Shown: one piece after another, positions 60,509 through 64,000 of the stretch
How the letters are laid out: each line of letters begins with the position of its first letter
Position numbering within the stretch: position 1 is the stretch's first letter
Source of the DNA: Candidatus Eiseniibacteriota bacterium
GTDB taxonomy: Bacteria; Eisenbacteria; RBG-16-71-46; SZUA-252
Assembly: GCA_963703225.1 (NCBI GenBank)
Contig: OY969801.1
Coordinates: 2,880,001 to 2,944,000 of the forward strand
DNA: 64,000 nt
Reading direction: 5' to 3'
The notes under the pieces: generated by a model
The model's input: only the letters and a program-made list of their open reading frames with translations
Told to the model about the DNA's origin: nothing
Databases searched by the model: none
Made by a program: the position numbers and the translations under genes

Positions 60509-61301
60509 AGAGCACCCGGAAGAGGAAGGAGGCCAACAAGTAATCGACGATCAGGATCAGGATCCCGGAGGCGACGACCGCCCGGGTGGTCGCCTCTCCC
60601 ACCCCCTCGGCGCCCCCTTCGCTTCGCAGTCCGTAGTGGCAGCCCATCGTCGCGATGATCATCCCGAAGAAGAAGGCCTTGATGAGCCCGGACACGACGT
60701 CCTGCACCTTGAAGTAGAGGCGAAGTCCCTCGGTGAACGTGTGGCCGCTGACGTCGAGGGTCAACGTCGCGACCAGGTACCCGCCGAGAATCGCGACGAT
60801 GTCGGCGAAGATGGTGAGCACGGGGAGCATGACGATCGCGGCGAGGAATCGCGGCACCACGAGATAGCGGATCGGGCTGATCCCGAGCGTCTCCATCGCG
60901 TCGATCTGCTCGGTGACGCGCATGGTGCCGAGCTCCGCGGCGATCGCGGCGCTCACGCGGCCGCCCACCACGAGCGCGGTGAGGACCGGCCCCAGCTCGA
61001 TCACCACCGATTTCCCGATGACCGTTCCGAGATAGATCATCGGAACGTAGTCGCGCATCTGATACGAGGCCTGCACGGCGGCGACCGCGCCGGTGAAGAG
61101 CGCGACGATCACCGTCAGCGGCATCGAGCCGAGCCCGATCGCCTGCATCTGGGTGACCGTCAGCCCGATCCTCCTCAGCCCGCCCGGAAGGTCGCGGAGT
61201 ATTTCTCCGAGGAGAATGAAGACCTCCCCGGCGTTCTGGAGCCGCCCGAGGAGGAAGCGCTGGGGCCAGGTGGCGGCGGTTTCGACTTCCGTGTCGGCCA
61301 C
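60501..61301 (-). CDS. mlaE: Mla/MCE ABC transporter permease
   Basis: ELGPVLTAL, AELGTMRVTEQIDA, GGAEGVG. Confidence 0.94.
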   Translation of the reverse strand: MADTEVETAATWPQRFLLGRLQNAGEVFILLGEILRDLPGGLRRIGLTVTQMQAIGLGSMPLTVIVALFTGAVAAVQASYQMRDYVPMIYLGTVIGKSVVIELGPVLTALVVGGRVSAAIAAELGTMRVTEQIDAMETLGISPIRYLVVPRFLAAIVMLPVLTIFADIVAILGGYLVATLTLDVSGHTFTEGLRLYFKVQDVVSGLIKAFFFGMIIATMGCHYGLRSEGGAEGVGEATTRAVVASGILILIVDYLLASFLFRVLFA

Positions 61302-61307
61302 CGGTGG

Positions 61308-62732
61308 TTAGATCCGGGGCTCCGGGACGTCGCGCAGCGATTCGAAGCGCGTGCACTCGCGGATGAACGCGAGGTCGACGCTTCCGGTGGGACCGTTTCG
61401 CTGCTTGGCGACAATGATCTCAGCCTTGCCGTCCATCTTCGCGGGGTCGCTCTCGTATACCTCCGGGCGGTAGACGAAGAGGACGACGTCGGCGTCCTGC
61501 TCGATGGCTCCCGACTCGCGGAGGTCGGAGAGCATCGGGCGCTTGGTCCCGCCGCGGGTCTCGACCGCGCGGGAGAGCTGGGAGAGGGCGATCACGGGGA
61601 CGTGTAGCTCCTTGGCGAGGGCTTTGAGCGAGCGCGAGATGCTCGATATCTCCTGCTGGCGATTCTCCGCGTCCTGCGGCCCGCGGATCAGCTGGAGGTA
61701 GTCGACGATGATGAGCCCCAGTGGCACCTCGGAAACCAGACGGCGCGCCTTGGCGCGCATCTCGAGAATGCCGATCGCGGCGGTGTCGTCGATGTAGATG
61801 GAAGCTTCGTGGAGCTGCGCCGCCGAATTCTGGAGCCGCTTGTACTCTTCGGCGCTCGCGTAACCGCGCCGGATCTTGTGAATGTCGACCTTGGCCAGCG
61901 AGCAGAGAAGCCGCTGGACCAGCGCCTCGCGCGACATTTCCAGGCTGAAGACCGCGACGGTCTGGCGGTCCTTCGCCTTGGTCCGGACCGCCACGTTTTC
62001 CGCGACGTTCATCGCCAGGGCGGTCTTCCCCATCGACGGACGTCCCGCGATGACGACGAAATCCGACTTCTGGAATCCGGCGGTCATTTCGTCGAGATCG
62101 TAGAAGCCCGACGGCACGCCGGTGACATGGACCTTTCGCTGGCGGTATTCCTCGATGGCCGAGTAGCCCTGGAGTACCAGTTGGCGCATCGGCTGAAACC
62201 CGGTCCGGAGCCGGTCGTCCGAAATGGCGAAGATCGACTGCTCCGCGCGATCGAGGAGCTCGGCGGCATCCTCGCGGCCGTCGTAGGCTTCGCCGACGAT
62301 CCCGGTGCCGACCTCGATGAGCCTTCTCAATGTCGCCTTTTCCCGCACGATCTTGCAGTAGTGCTCGACGTTCCCGGCTGTGGCGACGAATTGATCGAGC
62401 GTGGTCAGGTAGGTCACCCCGCCGACCCCCTCCAGCTCCTTCCGCCGCTTCAGCTCTTCCACCAACGTCACCATGTCGACCGGCTCGCTCCGGTCGAAAA
62501 GCTCGACGATGGCCTTCCAGATCTTCCGGTGCGCCTCGCGGTAGAAGGCTCCGTCCTCGAGCTGCTGGATTGCCATCGCGATCGCGTCGCGGGATAGGAG
62601 CATCGAGCCGAGCACCGAGCGCTCCGCGTCGAGCGCCTGCGGCGGAATGCGGGCGGCGTCGGACTCGCCCACGCCCTCCCCCATCATCGGACGGAGGTCC
62701 GAGGGCTCGCTCCTGCTGCGGGCCGATCTCAT
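61308..62732 (-). CDS. dnaB: replicative DNA helicase
   Basis: GRPSMGKT, VDYLQL, SDLRESGAIEQDAD, KQRNGP; ATGA overlap with the upstream gene; no intein. Confidence 0.98.
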   Translation of the reverse strand: MRSARSRSEPSDLRPMMGEGVGESDAARIPPQALDAERSVLGSMLLSRDAIAMAIQQLEDGAFYREAHRKIWKAIVELFDRSEPVDMVTLVEELKRRKELEGVGGVTYLTTLDQFVATAGNVEHYCKIVREKATLRRLIEVGTGIVGEAYDGREDAAELLDRAEQSIFAISDDRLRTGFQPMRQLVLQGYSAIEEYRQRKVHVTGVPSGFYDLDEMTAGFQKSDFVVIAGRPSMGKTALAMNVAENVAVRTKAKDRQTVAVFSLEMSREALVQRLLCSLAKVDIHKIRRGYASAEEYKRLQNSAAQLHEASIYIDDTAAIGILEMRAKARRLVSEVPLGLIIVDYLQLIRGPQDAENRQQEISSISRSLKALAKELHVPVIALSQLSRAVETRGGTKRPMLSDLRESGAIEQDADVVLFVYRPEVYESDPAKMDGKAEIIVAKQRNGPTGSVDLAFIRECTRFESLRDVPEPRI

Positions 62733-63604
62733 GCCGCGCTCCCTGCGTGGAGCAGATCGCGGACACGCTGGAGGTCCACCCATGCCTCGCGCTTCAGGCC
62801 GGGATTTCGAAGCAGCGCCGCGGGGTGGTAGGTGGGGACGAGCGGGACGCCGCGGAATTCAAACGTGCGGCCCCGCATCGAGGTCATGGAAGCTTTGGTC
62901 CCGAGAAGCGCCTGCATCGCCGAGAGGCCGAGCGCGCAGATGAGCGCCGGTCGGATCAGGGCGATCTGCTGATCGAGGTAGGGGAGGCATCGCTCCACTT
63001 CCTCGGGCTGCGGCGTGCGGTTCTCGGGCGGGCGGCACTTGAGCACGTTGCAGATGTACACCTCTTCGCGCTTCAAGTCGATCGCGGCGAGCATCTTGTT
63101 GAGAAGCTGCCCGGCCCGGCCGACAAACGGGACCCCCTGCGCGTCCTCGTCGCGCCCCGGCGCCTCGCCGACCAGGAGCAAACGGGCGGTCCCGGGGCCG
63201 TCCGCGAAGACCGTCTGGGTCCGCGTCTCGCAGAGCCCGCACTTGCGGCAGGTGGAGACGAGTGTGGCAAGCGACGCGAGATCTTGAGGTAGGTCGGCGC
63301 GAAGACTGAGGCTCGGGACTGTTGAGATAGGCGCTGGCCGTGGCGGGAGCATGTCTTCGAATCCTGGGAGGGTGAGGACTTCGCCGGGAGGCGGCGTCGA
63401 CGACCCAACCTCCGGGACACCGGTCCTCGCCCGCGTCGCCGCGCGGGCTGCGGAGGGTCCCTCCGGTTGGCCCTCGATGCCGCCAGTTGGGGATACCCCC
63501 GCGGCCCCGAATACGAGGCGCGTCCTGCCCCTAGCGCGCTCGCGCTCCAGGAGCACGCGGGCCGACTTCACAATCTCTCCCAGCTCTCCCCGCCCCGTCT
63601 CCAC
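62729..63604 (-). CDS. uracil-DNA glycosylase family 4 (Fe-S)
   Basis: CRKCGL, GEAPG, NVLKCRPP, TYHPAALL. Confidence 0.95.
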   Translation of the reverse strand: METGRGELGEIVKSARVLLERERARGRTRLVFGAAGVSPTGGIEGQPEGPSAARAATRARTGVPEVGSSTPPPGEVLTLPGFEDMLPPRPAPISTVPSLSLRADLPQDLASLATLVSTCRKCGLCETRTQTVFADGPGTARLLLVGEAPGRDEDAQGVPFVGRAGQLLNKMLAAIDLKREEVYICNVLKCRPPENRTPQPEEVERCLPYLDQQIALIRPALICALGLSAMQALLGTKASMTSMRGRTFEFRGVPLVPTYHPAALLRNPGLKREAWVDLQRVRDLLHAGSAA

Positions 63605-63614
63605 CGGTCTACCC

Positions 63615-64000
63615 TCAGTGCTTGTCGAGAGCCTTCGCCACTCGGAGCAGGATCGCGCGGGCCACGTCCCTCTTGGGGCGAAGCCCGAGCGATTCCACTT
63701 TGCCTTTGGAATCCACGAGCGTCACGTTGTTCTGGTCCGAGCCGAAGCCAGAGCCCGGCTTGAGCGGGTTGTTGACCGCGATCAGGTCGAGCCCTTTCTT
63801 CTTCCGCTTCTCGGTCCCTCGGCGGACTTCGTCCTCCGTTTCGAGGGCGAACCCGACGAGGTGTTTCTTGGGAAAGCGCTCGCGGACCAGCGCGAGGATG
63901 TCGGGCGTGGCCCGAAGCTCCAAGGTCATCCCCGCAGTTCCCCGGGGGATCTTCTTGCCGCTCCGCTTCGCCGGCGTGAAGTCGCTCACGGCCGCGGCCA
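63615..64000 (-). CDS. coaBC: CoaBC C-terminal part (5' end outside the window)
   Basis: AAVSDF, TPDIL, LVGFALET, DLIAVN, GFGSDQN. Confidence 0.93.
   Translation of the reverse strand, partial: AAAVSDFTPAKRSGKKIPRGTAGMTLELRATPDILALVRERFPKKHLVGFALETEDEVRRGTEKRKKKGLDLIAVNNPLKPGSGFGSDQNNVTLVDSKGKVESLGLRPKRDVARAILLRVAKALDKH

Noticed and set aside
61308..62732. Intein in DnaB
   Set aside because: Normal length and continuous motifs

Overview
GC-rich bacterial chromosome; the secreted protein with an FlgD-Ig-type C-terminus suggests an FCB-related lineage such as Ca. Eisenbacteria (inference). The window has two parts. (1) 1-14436 is a visibly lower-GC accessory region abutting the 3' end of tRNA-Asn(GTT). 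It carries a single-chain IIG/ISP-like restriction-modification enzyme, a Zn-ribbon protein, membrane proteins, a thermonuclease remnant, two methyltransferases, a TonB-C protein, a large secreted HExxH/CARDB protein and a LuxR-type regulator. The region is divided by three, possibly four, copies of a conserved ~210-260 bp element-end signature: paired AGAGAGCC boxes 16 bp apart, then two hairpins, then (in two copies) the tRNA 3' end. One junction (6157-6212) has the geometry of a large-serine-recombinase attP. No recombinase gene is recognisable in the window, so this looks like a tandem array of integrase-less cargo cassettes stacked at tRNA-Asn. (2) 14437-64000 is core genome, all on the minus strand: coaBC-udg-dnaB-mlaEFD-radA-ispD-ispF-ddl-mscS-cysS-histidine kinase, four tRNAs, and an uninterrupted tuf-rpmG-tRNA-Trp-secE-nusG-rplKAJL-rpoBC-str-S10-spc-alpha supercluster with two near-identical tuf copies, ending in a GHL10 hydrolase and a TauE/SafE gene. 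No CRISPR array or rRNA was seen.
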